Shown here in pieces: positions 1 through 11,232 of a stretch of 64,000 nt of DNA. How positions within the stretch are numbered: position 1 is the first letter of the stretch; each line of letters starts with the position of its first letter. The position numbers were made by a program, and so were the translations under genes. The stretch comes from Candidatus Poriferihabitaceae bacterium (GTDB lineage: Bacteria; Pseudomonadota; Gammaproteobacteria; Arenicellales; Poriferihabitantaceae), in contig OZ251537.1 of assembly GCA_965243285.1 (NCBI GenBank), forward strand, positions 2,713,484 to 2,777,483. Reading direction: 5' to 3'. The notes beneath the pieces are model-generated. The model ran no database searches. It worked only from the letters and a program-made list of their open reading frames with translations, and was not told where the DNA came from.

Positions 1-202
1 AAATAATCGCGCATGGCCGCATAACCACTCTGGCTGGCTGCTTCGAACATCATCAAATCTATCCTCGCTTGTTATAAAATTTGTTATGAAACCCGCCATG
101 AATCGATCCATGAATCGATCAACCTGGCCGCTAACGCCATCGATGCCTTGATAGTATAACCCCAGAGGCACTGCTGTCATCCTCCAGCCGTAGAATTCAC
201 AT

Positions 203-266
203 CCACCCAAAACAACCCACCCAAACAACCCACCCAAACAACCCGCAAACACCCCAAAACAACCCC
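203..266 (+). repeat. C/A-rich tandem repeat (about 13-nt unit cccacccaaacaa, 3 good copies plus degenerate ones) ending at the suhB GTG start
   Basis: Direct reading of 203-266. The repeat abuts the start codon at 267, and no purine-rich Shine-Dalgarno sequence is visible. Confidence 0.8.
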
Positions 267-1127
267 GTGAGCAATCCCATTCTCAATCTCGCTGTCAAAG
301 CAGCGCGTCAGGCTGGACGCACTATTCTCCGCCATGTGGATCGTATCGACCGCGTGGCCGCGCAACGCACCGGGCGCTACGATTTCACCAGCGAGGTCGA
401 CCGCATGGCGCAAGACGACATCATTGCTACCATTCGCCGCTTGCATCCGCATCATCTCATCATCTCGCAACAAGGTGATGAAGGGGGTGGCGAACCATCC
501 GGCGACAAATCCCGCGACAAATCCAGCGACAAATCCAGCGACAAATCCAGCGACAAATCCACCTCCGCCGCACCGTGGGAATGGATTATCGACCCCTTGG
601 ATGGCACCGCCAATTTCTTACATGGCCACCCCCAGTTTGCGGTTTCCATCGCCGCCCGCCAGCGGGGGGAAATTCGCCATGCTGTGGTTTTCGACCCCCT
701 GCGCGATGAGTTGTACACCGCCTCGCGAGGCGGCGGCGCGCAGATTAACAATCGCCGCATCCATGTCACTCGTCAACCGCGTTTGGCGCGCGCCTTAATC
801 GCCACCGCCTTGCCGCATCGCCATCCGAGCGATATCGACCCGTGGCAAAAAAGTTTCCAAGCGCTGCTGCCGCAAGTGGCCGATATGCGCACCAGCGGTT
901 GCCCGGCGCTCGACCTCGCCTATGTGGCGTGCGGGCGCTTGGACGGCTACTGGGAGCAAGGCCTCGGCGCCTGGAACATGGCCGCCGGCAGTTTGCTAGT
1001 GCGCGAAGCCGGCGGTTTGGTGGCGGATTTTCACGGGCAGCAAACCTTTCTCGATAACGGGCAAATCGTCGCCGCCAGTCCGCTGATTTTCAACCAATTT
1101 TTGCGCCTGGTTTCACCACCCCAGTAA
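267..1127 (+). CDS. suhB: Inositol monophosphatase family protein (SuhB-like) with an inserted low-complexity loop
   Basis: IMPase motifs WIIDPLDGTANF and GAWNMAAGSLLVREAGG. Length is typical apart from a DKSS-repeat insert. Confidence 0.9.
   Translation: MSNPILNLAVKAARQAGRTILRHVDRIDRVAAQRTGRYDFTSEVDRMAQDDIIATIRRLHPHHLIISQQGDEGGGEPSGDKSRDKSSDKSSDKSSDKSTSAAPWEWIIDPLDGTANFLHGHPQFAVSIAARQRGEIRHAVVFDPLRDELYTASRGGGAQINNRRIHVTRQPRLARALIATALPHRHPSDIDPWQKSFQALLPQVADMRTSGCPALDLAYVACGRLDGYWEQGLGAWNMAAGSLLVREAGGLVADFHGQQTFLDNGQIVAASPLIFNQFLRLVSPPQ
501..560 (+). repeat. In-frame 12-bp microsatellite (gcgacaaatcca x5) inside suhB, encoding (S/R)DKS repeats
   Basis: Five consecutive 12-nt units read directly. 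They translate to GDKSRDKSSDKSSDKSSDKS just before the DPLDGT motif. Confidence 0.9.
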
Positions 1128-1214
1128 CGCGATGTCGTCGCCGCCCGATAACGCGCCCATTGCCGGCGATTAATGCGATGCACACCGACCGCCGCGTTTT
1201 GCCGCCACACCCCG

Positions 1215-3854
1215 ATGATACCGCCCGCCCATAAGTCCGCCAACAGCAACCCGCGCGGCGAACACACGCCCATGATGCGCCAGTATCTGGCCATCAAAGC
1301 CGACTACCCGAACGCCTTGCTGCTGTACCGTATGGGCGATTTTTATGAATTATTTTATGCCGACGCCGAGCGCGCCGCCGCCCTCCTCGACATCACCTTA
1401 ACCACCCGCAGCAAATCCGCCGGCGCCCCTATCCCCATGGCCGGGGTGCCCTACCACAGCGTAGACCAATACCTGGCGAAACTGGTGCGCCAATCGGTGT
1501 CGGTCGCCATCTGCGAACAAATCGGCGACCCGGCGACCTCCAAAGGCCCGGTGGAACGCAAGGTGACGCGCGTCATCACCCCGGGAACATTAACCGAAGA
1601 AAATCTGCTGGCCGAGCGGCAAAATAACCTCACCGCGGCGCTGTTCGAATGCGGCCGGCGCATCGGCGTCGCGGCGCTGGAACTATCCAGCGGTCGTTTC
1701 GATGCCTTCGAGCTCGACGGGCGGCAGCACCTGGCTGGGGAATTGGCGCGCTTAGGCGCTGCGGAAATTTTGCTGGCCGAGGGACAAACCGGCTTGCTGG
1801 CCGACGACGCGCCGCACACCACTGTGCCGGATTGGTATTACGACGCCGCGCGCGCCACGCAAACCTTGTGCGAAACCTTCGCCACCGCGGATTTGACCGC
1901 GTTCGGCAGCGCCGCGCATCCCATCGCCACCCGCGCCGCCGGCGCCCTGGTGCAATACGCGCGCGATTTGCATGGCGACCACATTCCGCATCTGCGCGGC
2001 ATCGCTTATCAGCGCGATGATTCCACCTTGCATATCGATGAAATCAGCCGCCTGAATCTGGAAATCGAGCACAGCCGCGACGGCCGCGATAAGCACACCC
2101 TAGTCGGCTTATTCGACCGCTGCGCCACGCCCATGGGGGCGCGCATGCTGCGGCGCTGGTTCAATAATCCGATTCGCGAGCACGCGGTTTTGGCGGCGCG
2201 CCACGATGCCGTGGATTGGCTGCTGCACAGCCGCCGCGACCATGATTTCAGCGCCGCCCTCAAACCAGCCGGCGATATGGAGCGCATGGTGGCGCGCATC
2301 GCCCTGAAAACCGCGCGCCCGCGCGACCTCACCCGCCTGCGCGATGCGCTCGCCATCCTGCCGGATTTGCAGCGCCAGTTGGCCGATGCCGACGCCCCGC
2401 TGCTGGCCACCCTGCGCGAGCCGCTGGCGCCGCAGCCGGCGGTCTGGCAGATGCTGACCGACGCGGTGGTGGACAACCCCCCCAGCGTGGCGCGCGATGG
2501 CGGCGTGTTGCGCGATGAATACGACCGCAAACTGCGCGAATATCGCCATCTGCAGCGCGATTCCGGCGAGCATTTGCTGATGCTTGAGGCGCGCGAAAAA
2601 AAACGCACCCAGGTGCCCAGTTTGCGCATCAAATACAACCGCGTGCACGGCTATTACATCGAGCTGCCGCGCTCGCGGTCGGCCGATGCGCCGGCGGATT
2701 ACATTCGCCGCCAAACCATCAAAAACGCCGAGCGTTTTGTGACTGAGGAGTTGAAGGCGTACGAAGAAAAAATATTGAGCGCGCGCGGCCAGGCGTTAGC
2801 GCGGGAAAAGTGGTTGTATGAAGCATTGCTGGCGGCTTTATTGCCGCAAGCGCGCGCCCTGCAAAATTGCGCGGATGCGTTGGCGCAGCTCGATGTGCTG
2901 GTCAATTTCGCCGCCCGCGCCGCCGATTTACAACTGGCGCGCCCGCTTTTGAGCGCCGACATGCGGCTCGACATCGAGCACGGCCGCCACCCGGTGGTGG
3001 AGCAAGCGCTGCGCGGAAAATTCATCCCCAACAGCATTCACCTCGATGCAGCGGCGCGCATGCAACTCATCACCGGCCCGAACATGGGCGGCAAAAGCAC
3101 CTACATGCGGCAAACCGCGGTTATCGTCCTGCTGGCGCACACCGGCTGCTACCTGCCGGCCAAATCGGCCGCCATCGGGCCCATCGACAGCATCTTCACG
3201 CGCATCGGCGCCTCGGATGATCTGGCCGGCGGGCGCTCCACCTTCATGGTGGAAATGACCGAAATGGCGCATATCTTACGCTGCGCCACGGCCCATAGCC
3301 TGGTGCTGGTGGACGAAATCGGCCGCGGCACCAGCACCTTCGATGGCCTCGCCCTGGCTTGGGCGTGCGCCGCCGAGTTGGCGCGCATCAACGCCTGCGC
3401 GCTGTTTTCCACGCATTACTTCGAGCTCACCGCGCTCAGCGAGCAGTTGCCCGGGGTGCTCAATGTGCATCTCGATGCGGTGGAACACGGCGATGACATC
3501 GTGTTTTTATACCGCGTCAAACCGGGCCCGGCGAACCAAAGTTTCGGCTTGCAAGTGGCTCGACTGGCCGGCGTGCCGGCCGCCGTAATCAAAGCCTCGC
3601 GGGAAAAATTGCGCGCCCTGGAGGCGCAATATAGCCGCCTCGCCGGCGGCGGCGGCCAAGCCAGCCTGTTCGCGGCCCCATCCGCGGCCGAATCGAGCGC
3701 GAAATCCACCCCGCCATCACCCGCAGAATCGACCCCGCCGCCGCACCCCGCCATCACCGCCCTAAAAGCCACCGCCACCGACGACATAAGCCCCCGCCAA
3801 GCCCTCGATGTGCTGTATGAATTGCGCGCCATGGTCGACGCCGACGCGCCGTAG
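1215..3854 (+). CDS. mutS: DNA mismatch repair protein MutS
   Basis: N-terminal HTPMMRQYL...[10 protein letters not shown], Walker [14 protein letters not shown] and STFMVEM. The ORF opens at 1173; the start at 1215 was chosen by comparison with the E. coli N-terminus from memory. Confidence 0.95.
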   Translation: MIPPAHKSANSNPRGEHTPMMRQYLAIKADYPNALLLYRMGDFYELFYADAERAAALLDITLTTRSKSAGAPIPMAGVPYHSVDQYLAKLVRQSVSVAICEQIGDPATSKGPVERKVTRVITPGTLTEENLLAERQNNLTAALFECGRRIGVAALELSSGRFDAFELDGRQHLAGELARLGAAEILLAEGQTGLLADDAPHTTVPDWYYDAARATQTLCETFATADLTAFGSAAHPIATRAAGALVQYARDLHGDHIPHLRGIAYQRDDSTLHIDEISRLNLEIEHSRDGRDKHTLVGLFDRCATPMGARMLRRWFNNPIREHAVLAARHDAVDWLLHSRRDHDFSAALKPAGDMERMVARIALKTARPRDLTRLRDALAILPDLQRQLADADAPLLATLREPLAPQPAVWQMLTDAVVDNPPSVARDGGVLRDEYDRKLREYRHLQRDSGEHLLMLEAREKKRTQVPSLRIKYNRVHGYYIELPRSRSADAPADYIRRQTIKNAERFVTEELKAYEEKILSARGQALAREKWLYEALLAALLPQARALQNCADALAQLDVLVNFAARAADLQLARPLLSADMRLDIEHGRHPVVEQALRGKFIPNSIHLDAAARMQLITGPNMGGKSTYMRQTAVIVLLAHTGCYLPAKSAAIGPIDSIFTRIGASDDLAGGRSTFMVEMTEMAHILRCATAHSLVLVDEIGRGTSTFDGLALAWACAAELARINACALFSTHYFELTALSEQLPGVLNVHLDAVEHGDDIVFLYRVKPGPANQSFGLQVARLAGVPAAVIKASREKLRALEAQYSRLAGGGGQASLFAAPSAAESSAKSTPPSPAESTPPPHPAITALKATATDDISPRQALDVLYELRAMVDADAP

Positions 3855-3881
3855 CCGCTGGCGGCCCATCGTGGCGCTACA

Positions 3882-4604
3882 ATGCGCGCCCGCTCCATGC
3901 CTACCCATAAAACCCCGCAAAACCCGTCAATTTTTATGGAAATCGTAGACCACCTGCTCAACATCGGCCCCATTATGATGGCGAATCTGGCCCTCGCTGG
4001 CGACCATGCCATGGCCTTGGCCAACCTCGACAGCCTGCTAAAACTCGGCCAGATTATCGTGGTGGATTTGGTGCTGGCCGGCGACAACGCCATCGTCATC
4101 GGCTTGGTGGCGGCGAAATTCACCGCCGAACATCGCCGCCGGGTGATTCTGTACGGCGTCGGCGCGGCCGTGGTGTTGCGCATCGCATTCGCCATACTGA
4201 CCGTGCAATTGCTCAAAATCGACTGGCTGATGTTAGCCGGCGGCTTGTTGTTGCTGTGGATTTGCTGGAAATTATGGCAGGATTTACGCGCCCCGCCGCC
4301 GCCGGCGAGCGCCGCCACCGGCCAGGCCGCCGCTAACCCGCCCATGCTGGCCTCCATCATGCAAATCGTGGTGGCCGATTTATCCATGTCGCTAGATAAT
4401 GTGCTGGCGGTGGCCGGCATCGCCGATGGGCATACCGTGTTGCTGGTCATCGGCCTGGCCATCGCGGTCGCCTTCATGACTTTCGCGGCCGCCATGATCG
4501 CCAACATCCTGCAAAAAAATCCATGGATAGGCTATGTGGGCCTGGCGATGATCCTCTATGTGGCGCTGAAAATGATTTACCGCGGCGGCTTGCAGTTGCT
4601 GTGA
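3882..4604 (+). CDS. TerC/YjbE-family integral membrane protein
   Basis: Duplicated LAGDNAIVIG and SLDNVLAVAG motifs in a polytopic hydrophobic protein. The start could instead be the internal Met at 3936. Confidence 0.75.
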   Translation: MRARSMPTHKTPQNPSIFMEIVDHLLNIGPIMMANLALAGDHAMALANLDSLLKLGQIIVVDLVLAGDNAIVIGLVAAKFTAEHRRRVILYGVGAAVVLRIAFAILTVQLLKIDWLMLAGGLLLLWICWKLWQDLRAPPPPASAATGQAAANPPMLASIMQIVVADLSMSLDNVLAVAGIADGHTVLLVIGLAIAVAFMTFAAAMIANILQKNPWIGYVGLAMILYVALKMIYRGGLQLL

Positions 4605-5821
4605 CGCCGGCTGGCGGCGCGCGCCTGCAGCGCCGCCATGGCCGGCAAGGTTTTACCCTCGAGAAATTCGAGAAAAGCGCCGCCGCCGGTGGATACGCAC
4701 GACAACCCGTCGGTGAGGCCGAAGCGCTCGGCGGCGGCCACGGTGTCGCCGCCGCCGGCCACCGAAAAGGCATCGGATTCGGCGATGGCGCGACCCACAG
4801 CGCGCGTGCCGAGGCAAAATTGCGCGGTTTCGAAAACCCCTAGCGGGCCGCTCCAGATGATGGTGGCGGCGGTTTTGATGAGGGCCACGCTATGTTTGAC
4901 CGCGGCATCGCCGAAATCGAAAATCATGTCGTCATCGGCGATATCGCCCACCGCTTTCACGCTCGAATCGATATTCGCATCCAGCCGCTTGGCCACCACC
5001 ACATCTTCGGGCAGATAAATCGGCTGCCCGCGTTCGGCGCTGGCGCGCAATAACGCCGCCGCCGCCGGCACCAACGCCGGCTCGTATAACGAGCGCCCGA
5101 TGTTATGCCCAGCGGCCGCCAAAAAGGTATTGAGCACGCCGCCGCCGGGAATGAGCTGGTCCACCCAGCCCGATAAGGCCTCTAAGGCGCTGAGTTTGGT
5201 GGACACTTTGGCGCCGCCGATAATCGCTACCAACGGGCGGCGCGGCGCTTGCAACACCGCCCCCAGCGCCGCCTGCTCGGCCAGCAGCAAGGGCCCGGCG
5301 CACGCTAACCGGGCGTATTTCGCCACCCCACAAGTGGATGCATGGGCGCGATGCGCGGCCCCGAAAGCGTCCATCACGAACACCTCGCACAGCGCCGCGT
5401 ATTGCTGCGCCAACTGCGCGTCATTGGCTTTTTCGCCGACATTGAAGCGCACATTTTCCAGCATGACCGCTTCGCCAGCGGCCAGTTGCGGCGGATTCAC
5501 CAAATAATCGGCGCGCAATTTGATGTCGATGCGCAGCGCCCGGCTTAAGTAATCCGCCATCGGCGCCAGCGACAACGCCGCATCACGCCGCCCCTCCTCG
5601 GGGCGACCGAGATGGGACATGAGCATCACCCGGGCGCCGGCATCGAGCGCCAAGCGCGCCCCGGCGACGGCGGATTCCAAGCGTTTCGCCGAGACGATTT
5701 TGCCATCCGCCAAGGGCGCGTTGAGGTCTTCGCGAATCAACACCCGCTTACCGCGCAAATCCGCCGCCGCCAAATCCGCCAGGGCTAACATGGGCGGCGT
5801 GGACTTAGCTGAAGCAGTCAT
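4577..5821 (-). CDS. pgk: Phosphoglycerate kinase
   Basis: RVLIREDLNAPL, IIGGAKVSTK and AGGGDTVAA motifs. Confidence 0.95.
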   Translation of the reverse strand: MTASAKSTPPMLALADLAAADLRGKRVLIREDLNAPLADGKIVSAKRLESAVAGARLALDAGARVMLMSHLGRPEEGRRDAALSLAPMADYLSRALRIDIKLRADYLVNPPQLAAGEAVMLENVRFNVGEKANDAQLAQQYAALCEVFVMDAFGAAHRAHASTCGVAKYARLACAGPLLLAEQAALGAVLQAPRRPLVAIIGGAKVSTKLSALEALSGWVDQLIPGGGVLNTFLAAAGHNIGRSLYEPALVPAAAALLRASAERGQPIYLPEDVVVAKRLDANIDSSVKAVGDIADDDMIFDFGDAAVKHSVALIKTAATIIWSGPLGVFETAQFCLGTRAVGRAIAESDAFSVAGGGDTVAAAERFGLTDGLSCVSTGGGAFLEFLEGKTLPAMAALQARAASRRHSNCKPPR

Positions 5822-5901
5822 ATCGATTATTTTTCATCGTAAACTTTCATCGCTGAATTTGCGCGATGAATTTTCATCAATCCGCGCCAGTTGCGCCGCC
5901 A

Positions 5902-6903
5902 TTAACGCGCCGACATCAATGCAATAGTGGTATCCAACATGCGGTTAGAAAAGCCCCATTCGTTGTCGTACCAAGCGCAAACCTTGACCAAATCGCCGCC
6001 GATGACGCGCGTCATGCCGCCATCCACGGTGGATGACAGCGGCGAGTGGTTGAAATCCACCGACACTAACGGTTCATCCGTGTAACCGAGCACTGTGCCA
6101 TCGGCCGCGGCTTGTAGCGCGGCGTTAATTTCCGCCACCGAAGTGGCGCGACCGGCGACGAAGGTGAGGTCCACCATGGACACATTGATGGTGGGCACGC
6201 GCACCGAAAAGCCGTCCAATTTGCCGTCCAACTGCGGCAACACCATGCCCACGGCCGCGGCGGCGCCGGTTTTGGTGGGAATCATCGAGCTGGTGGCGGA
6301 GCGGGCGCGGCGCAAATCGGCGTGATACACATCGGTCAGCACTTGGTCGTTGGTGTAGGCGTGAATGGTGTTCATCAAGCCGTGCAACAGCCCCACCGAA
6401 TCGAGCAACGCCTTAGCTAACGGCGCCAGGCAATTGGTGGTGCACGAGGCGTTGGAGATGACCGTGTGACCGGCTTTTAAGGTGTGGTGATTGACGCCGT
6501 ACACCACCGTGGCGTCCACATCGGCCCCGCCCGGGGCCGAGATGATGACCTTTTTGGCGCCGGCTTCTATGTGCGCCGCGGCCTTTGCTTTGGAGGCGAA
6601 AAAACCGGTGCACTCATACACCACATCGATGCCGAGTTCGCCCCATGGCAGGCGCGATGGGTCGCGCTCGGCAAAAGTTTTGATGGTATCGCCATTGACG
6701 ATAATCGCGCCATCCGCCACCTCCACCTGACCGGGAAATTTGCCATGCGCGGTGTCATAGCGCGTTAGGTGGGCGTTGGCGTTGGCATCGCCGAGATCAT
6801 TGATGGCGACGATTTGGATGTCATCACGCGCCGCTTCATATTTAGCGCGCAGGATATTGCGGCCGATTCGGCCATAGCCGTTGATGGCTACTTTGATGGT
6901 CAT
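5902..6903 (-). CDS. gap: Glyceraldehyde-3-phosphate dehydrogenase
   Basis: INGYGRIGR Rossmann motif and the active-site [12 protein letters not shown]. Confidence 0.95.
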   Translation of the reverse strand: MTIKVAINGYGRIGRNILRAKYEAARDDIQIVAINDLGDANANAHLTRYDTAHGKFPGQVEVADGAIIVNGDTIKTFAERDPSRLPWGELGIDVVYECTGFFASKAKAAAHIEAGAKKVIISAPGGADVDATVVYGVNHHTLKAGHTVISNASCTTNCLAPLAKALLDSVGLLHGLMNTIHAYTNDQVLTDVYHADLRRARSATSSMIPTKTGAAAAVGMVLPQLDGKLDGFSVRVPTINVSMVDLTFVAGRATSVAEINAALQAAADGTVLGYTDEPLVSVDFNHSPLSSTVDGGMTRVIGGDLVKVCAWYDNEWGFSNRMLDTTIALMSAR

Positions 6904-6984
6904 GGCGGAGTTGCTCTAAGGTGGGTATGTGGGATGGTGGATTGGCGAGGTGAATCGTCATCAAACCAGTCGTGACGAAGTGGT

Positions 6985-9015
6985 TTATCGAACTAGCTGC
7001 GCGGTGACGCACTCGACCACGCGTTCGACGCTGAGGTTGAAGTGGGCGAATACATCCGCCGCTGGCGCCGATGCGCCGAAGGTATCGAGGCCGACTACGG
7101 CGCCGTCAAAACCGACATATTGCGACCAACCGGCGGTGACTCCAGCCTCCACCGCCACTCGCGCCGTGATCGATGGCGGTAATACCGAGTGCCGATAGGC
7201 CGCATCTTGGGCTGCGAATCGAGCCACCGACGGCATGGACACCACGCGGATGCGAGGCCGATTCGAGGCCGCGCTCAAGCGCTCGGCGGCGGCCACGGCT
7301 AACGCCACCTCCGAGCCGGTGGCGATGATGATGGCATCCGGCGCGCCGGCGCACTGGCGCAATACATAGCCGCCCCGGTCGATGGCCGCCAACTGCGCCG
7401 CATCGCGCGACTGGTGCGGCAAGGTTTGGCGCGATAACGCCAGGGCGTGGGGTTGCTCGGTGGATTCGCACGCCAGCCGCCAGGCCACCGCGGTTTCCAC
7501 CGCATCGCACGGCCGCCACAGCGCCAAATTCGGCACCAAGCGCAGGCTCGCCAACTGCTCGACCGGCTGATGGGTGGGGCCGTCTTCGCCCAGACCGATG
7601 GAATCATGGGTGAAGATAAAAATGCTCGGCAATTTCATCAGCGCCGCTAAGCGCACGGCGGCTCGGGCGTAATCCGAGAACACCAAAAAAGTGGCGCCAT
7701 AGGGCTTGAAACCGCCGTGCGCAGCGATGCCCGATAGCATGGCCGCCATGGCGAATTCGCGCACCCCGAAGTAGATATAGTTGCCGCCTGGATTCTCTTG
7801 AATGCCCACCGATTGCGACCATAAGGTGAGGTTGGATTCGGCCAAATCGGCCGAGCCGCCGAGCAATTCGGGCAATAACGCGCCGAATTTTTCCAGCGCG
7901 TTTTGCGAGGCTTTGCGCGAGGCGATGGCGGCGCCGGCGGCATCCGTTTGCGCGATAACCGCGTCCGCTTGGGCGGCCCACTGCAATGGCAATTGCCGAC
8001 CCATCCGGCGCGTAAACTCGGCCGCCAGCTGCGGGAATTGTTCGGCGTACGCCGCCATGCGAACCTGCCATTGTTGCTGCGCGGCGGCGCCGGATTCGCG
8101 CGCGCACCAGGCGGCGCGAATATCATCCGGGATAACGAACGGCGCATGCGGCCAATTTAGTTGGAGGCGCGCTTTTGCCACCTCATCTTCGCCCAGCGGA
8201 GCGCCGTGGCTGGCGGCGGTATCGGCTTTATTCGGCGCCCCAAAACCGATGGTGGTGCGGCAACAGATGATGCTCGGTTGGGCGGTTTGCGCCTGGGCGG
8301 CGAGCAACGCTTGCTCTACCGCTGCCGCGTCGTGGCCATCCACATCGGCTGCCACATGCCAGCCGTAAGCGGCGAAGCGCTGCGGCGTATGGTCGCTGAA
8401 CCAGCCGCTCACGCGGCCGTCGATGGAGATGCCGTTGTCGTCATAAAAGGCGATTAATTTGCCGAGTTTCAGCGTGCCGGCGAGCGAGCATGCTTCGTGC
8501 GAGATGCCTTCCATCAAGCAACCATCGCCCATAAAAACATAGGTGAAATGATCGACAATAGCGTGCCCGGGGCGATTAAATTGCGCCGCCAGGGTGCGCT
8601 CGGCCGTCGCCATGCCGACGGCGCTGGCGAGGCCCTGGCCGAGCGGGCCGGTGGTGGTTTCAACGCCCGGGGCGTGGCCGTATTCCGGATGCCCGGGCGT
8701 TTTCGAATGCAATTGGCGGAATTGTTTGAGGTCGTCTATGGTCAACGCATAGCCGCTCAAATGCAGCACCGAATACAGCAGCATGGAGGCGTGGCCGTTG
8801 GAGAGCACGAAGCGATCTCGGTCCGGCCACGCCGGGTTGGCCGGGTTGTGCTTGAGGTGCCGCCACAACACCTCGGCCATATCCGCCATGCCCATGGGCG
8901 CCCCGGGATGGCCGCTGCCGGCGCGCTGCACCGCATCCATGCTAAGGGCGCGAATGGCATGGGCTTTGTGGCGATTCAGGTCGGTCATGTTGGTCACGGT
9001 GGTCTTGGCGGTCAT
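6985..9015 (-). CDS. tkt: Transketolase
   Basis: [12 protein letters not shown] thiamine-diphosphate motif and [16 protein letters not shown]. Confidence 0.95.
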   Translation of the reverse strand: MTAKTTVTNMTDLNRHKAHAIRALSMDAVQRAGSGHPGAPMGMADMAEVLWRHLKHNPANPAWPDRDRFVLSNGHASMLLYSVLHLSGYALTIDDLKQFRQLHSKTPGHPEYGHAPGVETTTGPLGQGLASAVGMATAERTLAAQFNRPGHAIVDHFTYVFMGDGCLMEGISHEACSLAGTLKLGKLIAFYDDNGISIDGRVSGWFSDHTPQRFAAYGWHVAADVDGHDAAAVEQALLAAQAQTAQPSIICCRTTIGFGAPNKADTAASHGAPLGEDEVAKARLQLNWPHAPFVIPDDIRAAWCARESGAAAQQQWQVRMAAYAEQFPQLAAEFTRRMGRQLPLQWAAQADAVIAQTDAAGAAIASRKASQNALEKFGALLPELLGGSADLAESNLTLWSQSVGIQENPGGNYIYFGVREFAMAAMLSGIAAHGGFKPYGATFLVFSDYARAAVRLAALMKLPSIFIFTHDSIGLGEDGPTHQPVEQLASLRLVPNLALWRPCDAVETAVAWRLACESTEQPHALALSRQTLPHQSRDAAQLAAIDRGGYVLRQCAGAPDAIIIATGSEVALAVAAAERLSAASNRPRIRVVSMPSVARFAAQDAAYRHSVLPPSITARVAVEAGVTAGWSQYVGFDGAVVGLDTFGASAPAADVFAHFNLSVERVVECVTAQLVR

Positions 9016-9079
9016 AAAAAGCAGCGATTCGGCGATTGGGGGAGTATATACCGGTTGCTATGATTATTTAAAAACCCGT

Positions 9080-10086
9080 CTCCCATTGCGCGCTTTAGGT
9101 GACGACATTGCAGTGGTTTTTGGCGATTTTATGCGGGCGGCGGTTTATAATTTTTAATCGCCGCAATAATATCTGCCAATTTGCCCGCCACCCATTCGCC
9201 GCGCGCTTTGAAATGCCGATGAATATACGGCTCGCAAGTTTTGTACTATCGTGCATTTTTTGGTAGGCCTTTGTTTTGCCAGCCCACCGCCGATAACTCC
9301 AAACAATTTCATTCCTGAAATTTAGAGATTTATATATCTAAATCTGCACGGTGGATTTGCTTTTGATTTTTAGCTTTGGCTTTTAGCTTTGGCTTTTAGC
9401 TTTGGCTGTCACGCTTCACTCCCCTTAGCTTTTGCTTTTTGGTGGGGGGTTGCTTTGATGTTGAGTTCGACTTAGGTTTTCGCTTTTGATGTTGATGTTG
9501 TATCTTTTAACTCATCTTTTGTGGCTGATGAGGTTGTGGCTGATGAGGTGAAAATTTAAAGGCAAAAACGACAATCGAAAATCAAACGCTATCCCCCTAA
9601 ATCAACCGCTGACCTCAAAAACGCCAATCGAACTGCAGATTTAGGTATATAAATCCCAAAATTTTCATCCCCAAAAATGCAATCCAACGCCGCGCGCAAG
9701 CCCCAGTTCATGGTCGGGTCGCAACGCAAATACAAACTGCCGGTGGGTTTCAAAACCCTATAACATCCTAATAACCGAATGGCCATATAAGCCAACTAGC
9801 AATAGTTATATTCATTGCCGAGGCCGCGAATGCCGTGCAAAAAAGAAAGCAATTGCGGATTCTCAACCCGACATTCATCGGCCCATTCATCCTTAACATC
9901 GGCTTTGGTGAAATCATCGCGAAAACTCGCGCCTTCGGCCTCCGAGCCCATCGGGGCGGTGAATTCTTTTTTCTTGTTAAAAGGGCGGTGTGGAATTGCT
10001 CGGCGGCGATGGCTGGTGCATCTCGGCCGGCGCTTCTGGTCGATTCCTAGATCGTTATCGTCGATTGATCGTTGCCGTGGATTCAT
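9080..10086 (-). pseudogene. Beta-class N4/N6 DNA methyltransferase remnant, interrupted by a MITE and truncated
   Basis: Fragments FTAPMGSEAEGASFRDDFT, MAIRLLGCYRVLKPTGSLYLRCD and IFGDENF align to residues of the intact methylase at 17196-18392. The frame resumes as RNEIVWSY on the far side of the MITE. An in-frame stop and loss of the C-terminal half are visible. Confidence 0.7.
9325..9657. mobile_element. MITE-like non-autonomous element with GGGATTTATATACCTAAATCTGCA-type terminal inverted repeats and internal GCTTTTGG-type microsatellite
   Basis: The ends match those of the elements at 22213, 25083 and 52106. It sits inside the methylase reading frame, with AAATTT present on both flanks. 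Confidence 0.75.
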
Positions 10087-10220
10087 GTTGTGGTCGCCCT
10101 ATTCCGGCCACGACTAAATTGCCGCTTGAGCGATGCACTCTTTCGCCGCCAGCGCCAGGCAACCTACATGTAATATGTAGCGCTTAACATGCGGCGGCCT
10201 TATGACGGCGATGCCATGCC

Positions 10221-11099
10221 TTATAATGGCGATAATTTGGCGGCGGTGCTGTTGGCCTCGATCCATTCGCCCCAGTGCCGCAGCAGGTCGATGTTGGCGG
10301 CCGCGACCACCGATCTTTTGCGTAGTTTGGCGCAATTTAGCGCGGCTCCGGAAAGCGAGGTGGCGGCGCCGCCGGCTTCGCTCAAGATCAAGTGGCCGGC
10401 GGCGAAATCCCACAATTTTTGGCCGCCGTGGAGGTATAGATGGAAGCGCCCGGCCGCCAGCCAGCACCACTCTAACGCCGAGGAGCCGAAGTTGCGTTGC
10501 GAGCGATAGGGTGGCTTGCGCACCAGTTGGGTGGTCAAATCGCCCACCAGCCGCTTGTAATCGACCACCGCGATGCAGTCGCCCAAAACGCGCGGCGCCC
10601 CCGGCGGCGAACACGCCAATCGGCGGCGATTTCGATAGGCGCCGCGACCCTGCTGGGCGGCGAAACACTCGCCGCGCACCGGGTCGAAAACCACCCCCAG
10701 CCGCGCCGCGCCGCCGATGACCAGGGCCAGGGAAACGCCATAAAACTGCAGGCCGGCGGTGAAATTAGTGGTGCCATCCAGGGGGTCTAGAACCCAGTAG
10801 CCGGCGCCGGCCAGGCGGCACACCGCGGCTTGCTCGGCGTGCGGCATTTCCTCGCCGATAAAGCCGTATTGCGGCCAGCGGCGGCGCAAATCCGCACCCA
10901 ACGCGTCTTGAATGCGCTGGTCTACATCGGTCACCCAGCTGCCGTCGGCCTTGACCACCCGCGCCATGCCGCGCTGCGCGGCGGTGTGCTCGCGAAGCGC
11001 GATGCGCTTGACAACAGCGCATAATTCGAATAGCTCCGGCCACTTCGACGGCGCCGGGCATGGCGGCGATGAGGGTTGCGGCGCTCGGGATGGCGACAT
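10221..11099 (-). CDS. Inositol monophosphatase/CysQ-family phosphatase (second paralogue)
   Basis: WVLDPLDGTTNF and KLWDFAAG motifs. The ORF opens at 11336, but the upstream part is Pro-rich and repeat-derived, so the Met at 11099 was chosen. Confidence 0.75.
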   Translation of the reverse strand: MSPSRAPQPSSPPCPAPSKWPELFELCAVVKRIALREHTAAQRGMARVVKADGSWVTDVDQRIQDALGADLRRRWPQYGFIGEEMPHAEQAAVCRLAGAGYWVLDPLDGTTNFTAGLQFYGVSLALVIGGAARLGVVFDPVRGECFAAQQGRGAYRNRRRLACSPPGAPRVLGDCIAVVDYKRLVGDLTTQLVRKPPYRSQRNFGSSALEWCWLAAGRFHLYLHGGQKLWDFAAGHLILSEAGGAATSLSGAALNCAKLRKRSVVAAANIDLLRHWGEWIEANSTAAKLSPL

Positions 11100-11232
11100 G
11101 GCATTCAGCGCGCCGGCGGCGGCGTGGTTTTCAGGGGCACGGTTTCCGGTGACTTGGATGTCGGTGGCATGGATTGCGGTGGCATGGATTCTGGTGACTT
11201 GGATGTCGGTGGCATGGTCGTCATGCGACGCG

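Noticed and set aside
1-53. Possible 5' end of a minus-strand gene (MMFEAASQSGYAAMRDY...) leaving the window
   Set aside because: Only about 17 codons are visible, which is too short to identify or even to be sure it is coding.
3416-4507. 363-aa ORF on the - strand
   Set aside because: It is antisense to the 3' end of mutS and to the TerC-family gene, both supported by motifs. It is low-complexity, with no recognisable domain.
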